The notes beneath the pieces were generated by a model. It saw nothing but the letters and a program-made list of their open reading frames with translations, ran no database searches and was not told the DNA's origin. Source: Laetmonice hystrix (lineage: Eukaryota). Taken from it: 64,000 nt of DNA. Below, in pieces: positions 49,553 through 62,024 of this stretch (position 1 is the first letter of the stretch; each line of letters opens with the position of its first letter). Made by a program: the position numbers and the translations under genes. The stretch lies in contig OZ249436.1 of NCBI GenBank assembly GCA_965235115.1, forward strand, positions 54,748,001 through 54,812,000, in the 5' to 3' direction.

Positions 49553-51827
49553 TATTTGACAGACACACGTCACTCTCCGGAAGATGACGTGCATGGGTTG
49601 ACTCCGCTTTTTATTGCCCAAAGAAGGACATTCTGACAAGATGCAGTGATAGTATTGATTGCGATGTGTTAAACCTTCCGCAATTAATGAGTCACATGAG
49701 TAATATAGGCCCTATACTATCGATCTGATCACGTGGGGTCAATTTTGATGGTTGATTGGTAAAACTTCCGGTAACGGGGGGGGGGGGAGGGGTCAGAAGT
49801 CTCTTCTTTTTTTCTCTTATAGGGTGCAGTTTTCCGACATGGCCTTCCTGTGTGGATATCCCCTTCCTAAATCCAAGTGACAGGGTAGACATTATGTCCG
49901 GTATAGTTTAAAATTAAACCGCTCTGAGGTCTGCGGAAGGAACTCTTCCAGTAGAACTATAAGGTCCCTATATCTTTTTTTTGAAATAAAGAATTTTCTG
50001 GCGCTATGAAAATGGCATTTATTAAGAAAATAATATATTTTTTTTAAATTGGGGTTATTTGGTAATGCATGTAAAATTTAAAAATCCTTAAATGATAATA
50101 AGCCTTCTAGTTTACTAGTGGTGTCTTAAACGTTAACACATACGGACAAAAATAGGATCCCCTTCAGATAAAAATAGAAGTAGCTCTCCGATATATTTAT
50201 ACAGAATATATTCCTAGAAGTCGCATGCTACGCCAGTGAGTCATCAAGGTGCTATATACTATAATGTCTGCACTGCAAAATTCTAGTCCTCATACTATGT
50301 TCCCGAGGTGACTGGGGTTGCGACCATGGTTCATGGAGAGCAGGACTATAACCCAAGTCAGCCGCCATGGTTCCTTGGTACCCATGATGTATAGAATAAT
50401 TGCCACTGTCTTCAGTCGAGCTGACGGATGTCGTTGAGCTATGAACCGGTTAGACAGCTTCAAGCCGTCGTCTTCAGTTGTTGCGTGACAGCGTATTTCC
50501 GGGTTGGAGTTTACCTGAGTTTACCTTCCGTCAGTGCGGGGCGGCAGGCAGGAGGCGGACTTTGAGTCATGTCAGACGGTTACAAACCCTGCTCCTAGCG
50601 TTCATCGTGCGCTCATTGTACTCACAGAGAGCCGGTGCCATGCTCCCCTTCCTTAAGACGCTCCCGAGAGCGTCCGTGAGATAAGAAGAGCGTTATCAGT
50701 CCGCTGCTTCCTATCAGTTCACACGCCCGTCCCCCTGACACCCCTCAACGCGCACCAGCCAACGTCATCCTCATTTTTTTCCTTATGCCGGACGAGTCGA
50801 AGGATTCTAGGAATCCCCAGAAACTCACGAGGATTTTATCGGTGTCATTAATAATTTGCACGGACCACATCCGCCTCTGCAGTGATCTTCCCGCGAGTGA
50901 GATCCGTGCACAATCTGGCGTATTCAGAGAGTGGCTGTTTCTTTAGCCATCATCTGAATGGTCAGATGAGTCAAGACGACGTCCGATGGTTCAAATGTTT
51001 GATTTACAAAAATCCCTCGCGCTGACGACTCAAAAATCGAATAACGTTTATCCACCAATAGTTCCCCTATTGAGCAGTCTGTAGACTGGTTACATTTCCT
51101 ATGTATTTATTGCCTTCTTCACAGTTGAAAAATAGATGGGGAGTTGTTAAAGTAAAATGAGATATCTTTATAGGAATCCGTCAGATAACGGTAAAGTTAT
51201 TAAAACGTCGTTTCGATGATGTCCGATTTAATGCGGGTAACAGCTCAGTGGATGCGGCACCTGTTAATGATTAATACATGTTCCCGGGCCGAGTTAGCAA
51301 TGGTTGATTACTTCTTGTCACAACGTAACGACCGACACGAGCCGACCATGATGACCTTACGATGACCTTGCGTCTCGTCGGCCAAATCGATTGATTCCGG
51401 CAATTGCGAGTGCGCTCCCCCTTGCATCCCGCCACCAGACCATCGGTAGTGACGTCAATCCAGACATTGCACAGACGCTCGCCAACGTTTTGGCTCCTAC
51501 CATTTCCATGACGTTTCAGGCGTTGATTTTTGCCCCAGGATCAGACGTCTCGGTTGCTGCTGTTAGGTTGTAAATCAAGAAATATGAAGGCTTTTAGTTT
51601 TTGTTCTCTCTGAGCATGCGTCGAGCCTCCCTATCGGCAATCAACACATTATGATATTGGATTGTTAGCTAAAGAGCATCATATTGTAGCATATTCCGAT
51701 GAATTCTGAAATTGCTACCTTGCTAACGTATAAGCTTGAGGAATTTAGTGGAAATTATGAAGCCGTCTAATTACGAATACGAATAGACCAGGGCCCGGTT
51801 CCTCAAATCTTAAGATCTTACTTAAGT

Positions 51828-51892
51828 TTAGGCTTAACGCTTCTGATTGGCTGGTCTGCTTCGACCAGCCAATCAGAAGCGTTCAGCCTAAA
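51828..51892. repeat. Hairpin with inverted CCAAT boxes, probably the centre of a MITE starting ~51789
   Basis: ttaggcttaacgcttctgattggctggtc-tgcttc-gaccagccaatcagaagcgttcagcctaa. Confidence 0.75.
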
Positions 51893-52320
51893 GTAAATAC
51901 GTCAGGTTTCTTATCACGTTTTGATTTCTGAACATTATAATATTTTTAATTGGAGTAGGGGTATTCTTGAAACCTTGGGAGTGGAAAACTTGGTGGATTC
52001 TATTTCGTAATCTCGCAATCGGCGGGATTACGTGAGATCGGTTCCCGCGCAGCGCCATCTTGGTTCTTGCTACGCGCCTGGACAGTCACGCTTGAACGTT
52101 CCGCTTCACTTCGCTTATTGTTTGCGGTACTATACTTTGTGTCATCTAACTCAGTTTGTATCAGAGTTTCGCTTCAACGGTCCGAAGTGTTGTGAACGTC
52201 ACGCTTGAAGGAAAGCATGTTCTAAAGTTCCGAAACGCTTGAAGGACGTGCTTTGTGCTCCGAAGCACACGTGGCCTGATCAAGATGCCCAACGAACTGA
52301 CGGAAGAGCTTTTGGACATG

Positions 52321-52782
52321 AAAGGCAGGCAGAAAGGGAAGAAGGAATCCTCGACTAAAGGCAGGCAAAAAGGGAAGAAGGAATCCTCGACTAAAGGCAG
52401 ACAGAAAGAGAAGAAGGAATCCTCGACTGAAGGCAGACAGAAAGGGAAGAAGGAATCCTCGACTAAAGGCAGGCAGAAAGGGAAGAAGGAATCCTCGACT
52501 AAAGGCAGACAGAAAGGGAAGAAGGAATCCTCGACTAAAGGCAGACAGAAAGGGAAGAAGGAATCCTCGACTAAAGGCAGGCAGAAAGAGAAGAAGGAAT
52601 CCTCGACTAAAGGCAGGCAGAAAGAGAAGAAGGAAACCTCGACTAAAGGCAGGCAGAAAGGGAAGAAGGAATCCTCGACTAAAGGCAGACAGAAAGGGAA
52701 GAAGGAATCCTCGACTAAAGGCAGACAGAAAGGGAAGAAGGAATCCTCGACTAAAGGCAGACAGAAAGGGAAGAAGGAATCC
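52321..52782. repeat. 36-bp purine-rich minisatellite, ~13 copies
   Basis: Unit aaaggcag(g/a)cagaaagggaagaaggaatcctcgact. Confidence 0.97.
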
Positions 52783-55269
52783 CAACCCAATGACCGATCA
52801 TGGAAAGCTCCATCTAGAAGCAACAAATCCGGACCTTTGCCCTCGACGAGCGTTAATGACAAAGCTTGGGATTGGAAACCTTGGTGTATGGATTTGAGTC
52901 CAAACGTCAATTGGACTTGAATTTGGCGCCGACGCAACAGTCATGTAGAGTCTAAGATGGCCAGTTTTACTGGGAGGGAGGGGGGCGGAGTTCAAGGGAA
53001 AACTGGCATTATACAGCAAGTTACGGACAAACCACAGTAAACTGAGGACGCGGGAGAACAGGAGGCAAGCATGCCGTTTTTACCTCCTCCATTCTGTCTA
53101 TAGCTCAAGAGGAAGGTCTGCGACTTGAACAAAAATGTATCACATTATTGCCGGTGGAAAAAAAGACAACATAATATCCCGGCTATCGCAACAGGACGCA
53201 TATTACCAGTCAGGTGTTAATACACTGACAAATATGTCAGCAATGTATCCGAAGTCAACTGCCAGAGTTATGCGTGGGTTGTGTTAGTGATAACACGTTC
53301 CTCTTATATTTGTCGTAATTTAGTGCCACAGAACGGCAGTTATCTAGAGAATGCAATGCATGAGCTCGGCCTACGCCCAAATGAAGAAAATCGGCTTTAC
53401 CTCAGAGGATGGAGCGCTTTCAGGGAAACCATAGGCGTTATGCCTACATCCAAAAATAATTCAGAGTTCAATGCAGACTTCATAGTGGTATGCATATATC
53501 CAGGAAGGAAGCCTCTCGGGGCTGGAGGAGGAAATAACTAGGAATTGAAGGCGCATTATCATCGAGAGTTCCTTTCATTCTACTATTCTTGCTTTCAGGT
53601 CGAAAGTTTTATTGCTGCTGAACTACTGCCGACAGTGCGTAACCCCCCTATTTACTCACTCACTCACTTACGAGTATTTTATTTGTGTTATGGAACGCCA
53701 AAAACAATGATCTGCCCGTAAAGGAGACAATGCCACCACGGGTTCTGAAGGCTCAGACAGGCGAGATAAAACCTGAGCATCCATCTGTCATGTCTGCTTG
53801 CTGGCCTCCCGACCTGCCATTAACGTCTAAAGACAATGGCGGTTGTAACACCTCAGGAAGTGTCAACTTTGCACATGTTCACACATGTCTAGAAATGCTA
53901 ACGGTTGTATAGTAAATAGCTGAGACTACCACTCTCAATGTGTGATCCCCGATCGGGCCCTTGTATCCGTCCGTGGAATGTGGGGACCAGCGGGCTGCTA
54001 TACCCTATATACAACATACCAGACTGGTACCGCGCACAAAATAAACATTGGGGAAGAATTAAGCTCGTTACTCATTACAGCGAGTAGTAAGACGACAAGC
54101 GCTCCCGGGTGTCGCTCAGCCTTTATTGACGTAAGAAACAACGATGCTTATGCAAGTCCCTGTCCTAGCTCCGACCCTGGGAGGCTCGCCTGTCAGCGAC
54201 ACAAAAAGTCGCTATCTATATCGCGGACAGAAACAAAAAGTTTATATCACCCGGGGGAAAAAGGTGCAAGATGAGCGGCCTTGGCGATATGGGTTGGAGT
54301 GTAATGGCGCACGACAACAGAAAGTGTGCCAAGGCGATCGCGCGAGAGTCACGTGATACTCGCGAGAGTCACGTCTGACCTGCGGTCACGGCCGGCCAGC
54401 CAACCGCCGACCTGGACATGCAGCCCTTATCATGGGTCGAGCTCCCCCCTGCCTATACTGAGGTAAGAAGGGGGAGGAGCAAACCTTCTGCCTCAGCATT
54501 AAAAAACATTTAGCTATGCGCTTAGCATGTGTATGCTTAGCCGAAGGACGACCATAGTCTGTTTAGAGAAATGGCCAGGGAACCTGGGACCGGTCCTGCG
54601 CAGAACGTCGACGAAAGGATACCGCTCGTGGAGATGGTTGCAGAGAATTGTGAGCCCCAGAAAGATGCTTCTGATTAATTTTAGACATGTTCTAAAGTTA
54701 AGAAGCGTCCATAAGGTGGGCTGCAGACCCCCCCCCCCCCCCCCCCCCCCAGCATGGACATCTAAATAAAATCAAGAAAAAATCAAGCCGAAAATTACCA
54801 TGACACTGTGTAAGCTTTATAGGCGACTCTAGTTCTGAATTCTGAATCCAGACCCTTCGTCCTGACTTCCTGAAACCTCGCTCAACTAGCTACTAACACT
54901 TCCGTCTCAGCATATTATACTTGGCCGCAGCCCTTGTGGAGGCCATGTGGCTTACATTTTCCCCTGTAGTGGTAAAGAAACACGCGGGACAGCAGTGCAC
55001 TTGCTGACTCCGCCAACGACTGGAAAGGGTTCCACGTGTAGTGCCGACAAAGGTCTTTGGCTGTTTGCAATATATGTGTGCCCTCGGCCTTGTTCGCTCA
55101 TATCAGGGGTGAGTTACGGGGCCCGCCCGCTCTTGTAACATTTTCTCTTGTAGCGGTCTACAACACACAGGTCAGCTCCGGTACGACATTTGTCTGGGGT
55201 AGAGCCGAGGGAATCGGCGTCTGCCCCCTCCCATTCCGCCACTCCGCTCCCGTGCCCTCAGCCAGGGAT

Positions 55270-56716
55270 GTCTCAGGGAGCGCTGCCATGACCCGTCTGA
55301 CCCCGTCCCTCTACCTGAGGTGTCCCAGGGAGCGCTGCCATGACCTGCCCCTCTACCTGAGGTGTCCCAGGGAGCGCTGCCATGACCCGTCTGACCTCGC
55401 CCCTCTACCTGAGGTGTCCCAGGGAGCGCTGCCATGGCCCGTCTGACCCTGCCCCTCTACCTGAGGTGTCTCAGGGAGAGCTGCCATGACCCGTCTGACC
55501 CTGCCCCTCTACCTGAGGTGTCCCAGGGAGCGCTGCCATGACCCGTCTGACCCTGCCCCTCTACCTGAGGTGTCTCAGGGAGCGCTGCCATGGCCCGTCT
55601 GACCTCGCCCCTCTACATGAGGTGTCCCAGGGAGCGCTGCCATGGCCCGTCTGACCTCGCCCCTCTACCTGAGGTGTCCCAGGGAGCGCTGCCATGACCC
55701 GTCTGACCCTGCCCCTCTACCTGAGGTGTCTCAGGGAGCGCTGCCATGACCCGTCTGACCCTGCCCCTCTACCTGAGGTGTCCCAGGGAGCGCTGCCATG
55801 GCCCGTCTGACCTCGCCCCTCTACCTGAGGTGTCCCGGGGAACGCTGCCATGACCCGTGTGACCCCGCCCCTCTACCTGAGGTGTCCCAGGGAGCGCTGC
55901 CATGACCCGTCTGACCCCGTCCCTCTACCAGAGGTGTCCCAGGGAGCGCTGCCATGACCCGTCTGACCCCGCCCCTCTACCTGAGGTGTCTCAGGGAGCG
56001 CTGCCATGACCCGTCTGACCTCGCTCCTCTACCAGAGGTGTCCCAGGGAGAGCTGACCCCGCCCCTCTACCTGAAGTGTCCCAGGGAGCGCTGCCATGAC
56101 CCAGGGAGCACCATGTCCCTAAGGTGTCCCAGGGAGCGCCATGACCCTGAGGTGTTCCAGGGAGCGCCTACCCCGCCCCTCTACTTGAGATGTCCCAGGG
56201 CGCGCTGCCATGACCCGTCTGACCCCGCCCCTCTACCTGAGGTGTCCCAGGGAGAGCTGACCCCGCCCCTCTACCTGAGGTGTCCCAGGGTGAGCTGACC
56301 CCGCCCCTCTACCTGAGGTGTCTCAGGGAGCGCTGCCATGACCCGTCTGACCCCGCCCCTCTACCTGAGGTGTCCCAGGGTGAGCTGACCCCGCCCCTCT
56401 ACCTGAGGTGTCCCAGGGAGAGCTGACCCCGCCCCTCTACCTGAGGTGGCCCAGGGAGAGCTGACCCCGCCCCTCTACCTGAGGTGTCCCAGAGAGCGCT
56501 GCCATGACCCGACCCTCTACCTGAGGTGTCCCAGGGTAAGCTGACCCCGCCCCTCTACCTGTGGTGTCCCAGGGAGCGCTGCCATGACCCGTCTGACCCC
56601 GCCCTCTACCTGAGGTGTCTCAGGGAGCGCTGCCATGACCCGTCTGACCCCGCCCTCTACCTGTGGTGTCCCAGGGAGCGCTGCCATGACCCGTCTGACC
56701 CCGCCCCTGCGCTGTC
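55270..56716. repeat. GC-rich minisatellite, 52-bp units shifting to 38-bp deletion variants in the 3' half
   Basis: Unit ccctctacctgaggtgtcccagggagcgctgccatgacccgtctgaccc(t/c)gc; short variant ccctctacctgaggtgtcccagggagagctgaccccgc. Confidence 0.97.
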
Positions 56717-56762
56717 ATGACCATGCCATGGCCTTCACCAGTCTTGATGTAGATATATCAAT

Positions 56763-56830
56763 CTTCTTCTTCTTCTGCTTTTTCTTCTTCTTCTTTTTCT
56801 GCTTCTTCTTCTTTCGTCTTCTTCTTCGTC
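56763..56830. repeat. (TTC)n microsatellite
   Basis: Seen directly in the sequence. Confidence 0.9.
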
Positions 56831-59800
56831 TTGTTCGAATGTGCTTTTTCCCCGCCATTCCCCCCTTCTAAATTGACAGTCTAACGATTTGTGACCCCGC
56901 AGCCCTAGGACAGCACAAGAATAAAATAGAAGGAGTGTGCACTTTGGTGATAATGTTCGCACTCACTATACGGTTAATGGTATAGATAGTCGTGGAGCGG
57001 GGGTAGAACAGAGCCACAGTCCCGCTTGGCGAGTATCCCTCGACATGCCACTATACTGTATCTGGCGTTGTGTAAACACGCACCTGGGCTTGCCTTCTTG
57101 ACGGTAAAGAAACAGGTCAGCTATTTACAGCGCCACCTTGTGATATACACAGACGACAGACAAAACGGCCCAGTGGAAAGGATTCTGTGAAAACTATACG
57201 AGTGACGAACGACATCGTAGTATTATTACGCGGACGGTGATGCGGTCGGTTTATGATTTTTACGTCACGCCTGGGTCGACAGCATATTTGGGCGGGAGGG
57301 TGATGGGGCGGCTTCAGCCTATACTGGGATGCAGAAAAAGTGTCCCCTGCACCGAGCCTGAAACAAAGTCAGTCATAGACTGAACCTACGGCCTGTCGGT
57401 GCTGCATCTACGGGAGCGGGGATCCATGACTCGATACGGATCCCGTGGAGAGGAGAAACGGGACACAGCAGACAGCGGTGTTCCAACCCGTTCCTGGATG
57501 GACCCCGCCAGGCTAGCGCCCCTGGCGGAGAAACCAGGAACCCTGCTGACCTCGGGGTCGGTCACGTGACACACGACGCTGACAGGGATGCACTGGGAAC
57601 GAGGCTCGAGTTGGCCTGGGAACGATAGCCATCTGGTTGTGAGCTTGATCAGCAGGCTACAACACCTCTGCCCATCTTCTCCGTCTACGCCAAGTTCCAC
57701 CCTGGCAACCCCCTCTCCATTCCTAGCCCAGCTACCACCAACCCGCTGGTCCGTCCAAGATTCTACTCGTCAAACGAAATCGTGTAGAACAAAAGATAGC
57801 ATTTTGTGAACATCCTGGCGTTTAAATACTGGCAAAGAGCTCCACCATCCCCTCCACCCTCCACCCCCAACACCGCCCCGATCTGCTACATATCTGGTTG
57901 AATAGGCCTATAATAGGCCTACATTATATCGCCATGATAAGTTTGATTGCTGATTGATTCCTTATACCGCCATCGATATTCGCGCAGTATACACAAGTAG
58001 CCTATGTCGGAAAGCCAAGGCACTATGAAGTTTGTATGTAGCTCGCACGAATTGACGATGGTGTTTTAAAGGTAGATAGCTGTATGATGGAAACGTGATT
58101 CTGATGCAATTTCGGCCCCCCGGCCCCCTACCGTCGCCCGGACCCTTTGGGTGCCCCCCCCCCCTCCAGGCTGTCGGCCGGGCAGTCAGACTCTCTCTCC
58201 AGGCGGTTTGCCACAACCCCCTCCCTCCTGTCGATCGCCCCTCCACCAGTCCGTCAGGCGCGGCAGACGGAGGCCCGCTCACCTGGAGACAATTACCCGC
58301 GGAAACGTTTCTGTGGCCCCGACACGCCAGGCGATCCGGACACCTGTTAGCGTGTTGTTGTTATAGCATTATCTCAAGTCGGAGTGGATGCCTTCACGGT
58401 CATGGACGGCGTCGGGTGACCAAGGAAGGCGCTGCTACAAAATACAGTCTGTCGTCTGTTGGCGTATCTTTTTATCTGATAACATATCGCACGACCACAC
58501 GTGCACGGGGCCCCTGGCAGCATCCACATAACTCCACTTTTCCAGGACTGGACTAAAGATCTCCATTTTCAGAAGTAGGCCTATACAGAAGAATCCAAAC
58601 AATAACTATACCAATGATTCCGTTCTTTAAACTCCTAAGCGCACGGACATTGCGTGACAAAGCCTTTTACATTGGTACACGGTGCATGTGAAAGAGAGAC
58701 AATACACATCAGTCAGAAAGGGGGTTTTGAATAATTTTACAACGGGACCGCAATTAGGAGGATAGCCCCCTTATTCTGACTTTCTTCCTGTACTACTTGG
58801 AGAGAGGAGGAGGAGGATACATAGGGAAAGTATATATCTGGTGGGAATTCGTCGGACTGCGACGTTAAATATCAAGGACTCTATGTCACAAACTTCTGAA
58901 AACTTACAGGAGTAAACATATTGATGGTCCTAATATCTTGTGACATTTTCAAGTTGATATATCAAATAGTCCTTAAATGAGGCGAAATTAAACAAAATTG
59001 AACAAACAATAAACAACAGTATTTCCCTTAATGTATTCTTAGCCAAAAACTACCGAGACAAGATTAAAATATATATGAACGAATTACCATTTTAAAGCGA
59101 CATTACTAGTACAAAGATTGGAAAATACTGAAGAACACCAATTTGCTGTTTCCTTTTACTAAGATATCCTTGAACTATGCCTTTATGTCTATAGACTTCA
59201 TGATCAAGATATACACTCAATACAATTTCCCTCTCCATTTAAAACTGGCGTTTATTAATAAATTATTATTAAATAGTATTGCATACTGATGGATAACAAT
59301 ATTTTAGCTTAAAAGTGTTATTTAAGAAAAAACATTATTATGGCAAAAGACAAATGACATGCATGGTGGCGGTTAGGACATGTGCCCAGTTCGTGACGTT
59401 TTAATCTCAGTTTGGGCGGGGCCCAGCTGGATAGACTTGAGTCTTTGATCTTTACCGCCCCCTCCCCTCACACCCGCCTCGGCTCCGATCCCAATAGAAA
59501 ACACTCGGCTACATGGTTATTGGTGGTGTCCCACGACGTTACCACAGAAACCGGTGGAGGCACAGACTCAAGTAATCAGAGATTATCTAATCTTCATAAA
59601 GTCATGTTCAAAACCGGATGTACGTGAGTCAAATTGAAGGTTGGGGATCTAGAGGGCAGTTCGCTGTATCCGCCTACGTCGATTTATGCCACCGATTCCA
59701 CTGATGGTTTTCCCGCCGCATCCTTTGAAGTGGGTAGCCCAGGATAGGTATATGCCCTGGATGCAGCCTGCGTCCAATAAAAGAGTTTGACCGCCAGACG

Positions 59801-61719
59801 TTCCGACTTGGCTGTCCCCCCTGACCCCCGTGCCAGTACGCGCGCTGCCGGCTTCTCCCGCCGATCCCTTGCCTCCCCCGACACCACAACCGCCAAACTA
59901 TACCCCGGAACAGCCAAGCCTGCACTCTAGACAGCAGCTCCTATTTGCATCGAATATTTGGAGCATATGCAGAAGGCCGTCTTAACAATGTCTTGGATAC
60001 CCACCTGGATGTCCTGAGGTAAACCTTCTGAAAATATCGGCTATACATATAGATTCCTCCGCTGGAGATAAAAGAAGACCAGGTGCGTCTATACAGATGG
60101 AATCATGGCGCCTATAGCTCGTATCAGTCTGGTGTGACGTCACCTTCATATTTTACCTCTGGTCACAAGTAATGGTACGTGATAATGCAGTATTATCTTT
60201 ATTATACAGATGCTACCCCCTGATGAGGTGAGTTAAACTGGAAGCAAGAGTTCAGCATCACTTAACCTCTATAAACGCTACAGGCGTGAATAGCGAAAAC
60301 ATAATATATTATATTGTGAAATCGACGTAACACTTTCATTCCTTCCTTGGCGACGAATGGCTTCATAACAGCTGCCCCGAGGGGAACTCCCTAGCTCCGA
60401 GCTGTTATTCGCTGTTTGTATATAAGAATAGACGAGTTCCACGTGTTCACACATACAAAGTGTCCTTTAGTGTTTATTTATGAAAGACTTTTTCATAGCC
60501 AACAGAAGACCCGTAAGCATAGAAGACACTCTGAGAAAAAAACACCAACAAGCAATGGCTTCACGTACATGGAGCATGAATACACATGATTCTACACTAG
60601 CCTGCCTAGATAAACATCCCCAAACTTACCTGTGACAACAAAAGTTGACCTTTACATCTTGATCGAGATCAGGTGAATTATCCTTGGTCTGCATGGCCCC
60701 TTATAATTTTATTTAGTTTGTTGGAATAAACAGTTATCTTCAAGATAACTTTAAATTAAACGATCTGAATTACATTTTGATAATAAAATTGGCTAGCATT
60801 GTTTTCTATCTATGTACGGTAAACTTTATGAATATATTAAGCGTGTAATCCGTCGAAATGATAATGAAAAGAAATCTATCTTGAATAACATTTTTTCGGC
60901 TTGTGTATACGGTTCATGCCGTAACCAGATGGCCAAGCGCCATTCTTCTACCACCAACACCATGGCACTATAAAGCTCCAATTCCATACTCGAGCGGGTC
61001 TCCATATATCTCGGAGGCCACCGTGTATGGTGACAAAGATCGAGTAGTGCTCTCTGACCTGATCAGTAGGTCGGAGGAGACCAAGGACAGGGAGATATGC
61101 GTACAGATCGATAAGAGTATTATATGGGGACCATCAAATGTTTTGGCATATTGGTCTGTGTGGGGGCGAATAGATAGGATCAGAAACCGATGTTATCTGA
61201 TTATTGAGACGTAGCAGACGACATTTGGATAATAAACATGTTACTGAATTGCACTGATCGTCTGCCATGATCATTATGGGGGGATCATTGACGAATACCA
61301 GCGTCTGGAGTGTCGGAAATGTGACACACCTGATTCGGTTTGTAGCCCGAAAGGCATGGTTTCTGGCACATTTCAATCCGGTTTAACTTTTTTGGGGGTT
61401 ATAAATGGAGCTGGTCAAACTTTGCTCTTTGCTCTCAGACAAGTCAGCGGAATGGAGTGTGATTTCCTCTACCAGCAGTCTATGACTCAGGATATTGATT
61501 TACATCACATAATACGGTGGGCGATTTTCCTGGTGGTTTTCATAATGCCTTTGCTCCACCAATGTTCTGTATAGATTGCGATTTCGTTGGGGAATTCCTA
61601 AATCAAGGATGAAATCTATTTTAATGATTGCCGTTGGAAAGAAAACAATTATTACTGAGTTAAAAACCTCTAGCGACGAGTTGGAACCAAACGTAATCTA
61701 ATCAGAAGGAGAATAGTAA

Positions 61720-62024
61720 AATGCAAGGGTCACTTTCCGCTCCCAAGTCTCCTCACGACCATGTATAGCAAGTCTCCTCACGACTTTTGTTTGTAGACAT
61801 GTTTGTGTTCAAGGCCGTACAACGTTCGATGTTTGTGTTTAATGCAAGGGTCACTTTCCGCTCCCAAGTCTCCTCACGACTTGTAGACATGATGTTTGTG
61901 TTCAAGGCCGTACAGCGTTCGATGTTTGTGTTTAATGCAAGGGTCACTTTCTGCTCCCAAGTCTCCTCACGACTTGGAGACATGTTTGTGTTCAAGGCCG
62001 TACAGCGTTCAATGTTTGTGTTTA
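61720..62024. repeat. ~90-bp tandem repeat, ~3 copies
   Basis: aatgcaagggtcactttc(c/t)gctcccaagtctcctcacgac...gacatgtttgtgttcaaggccgtaca.cgttc.atgtttgtgttt at ~61720, 61841 and 61934. Confidence 0.9.

Noticed and set aside
48482..49639. 385-aa (-) and 308-aa (+) repeat ORFs
   Set aside because: Produced by the 54-bp minisatellite (a multiple of 3). They are open on both strands, with no recognisable domain or convincing exon context.
51230..51295. Possible tRNA or tRNA-derived SINE head (agctcagtgg A-box-like)
   Set aside because: No convincing B box or cloverleaf.
52161..52937. Hydrophobic minus-strand ORFs (DSFFPFCLPLVE repeats)
   Set aside because: Antisense reading of the purine-rich 36-bp repeat.
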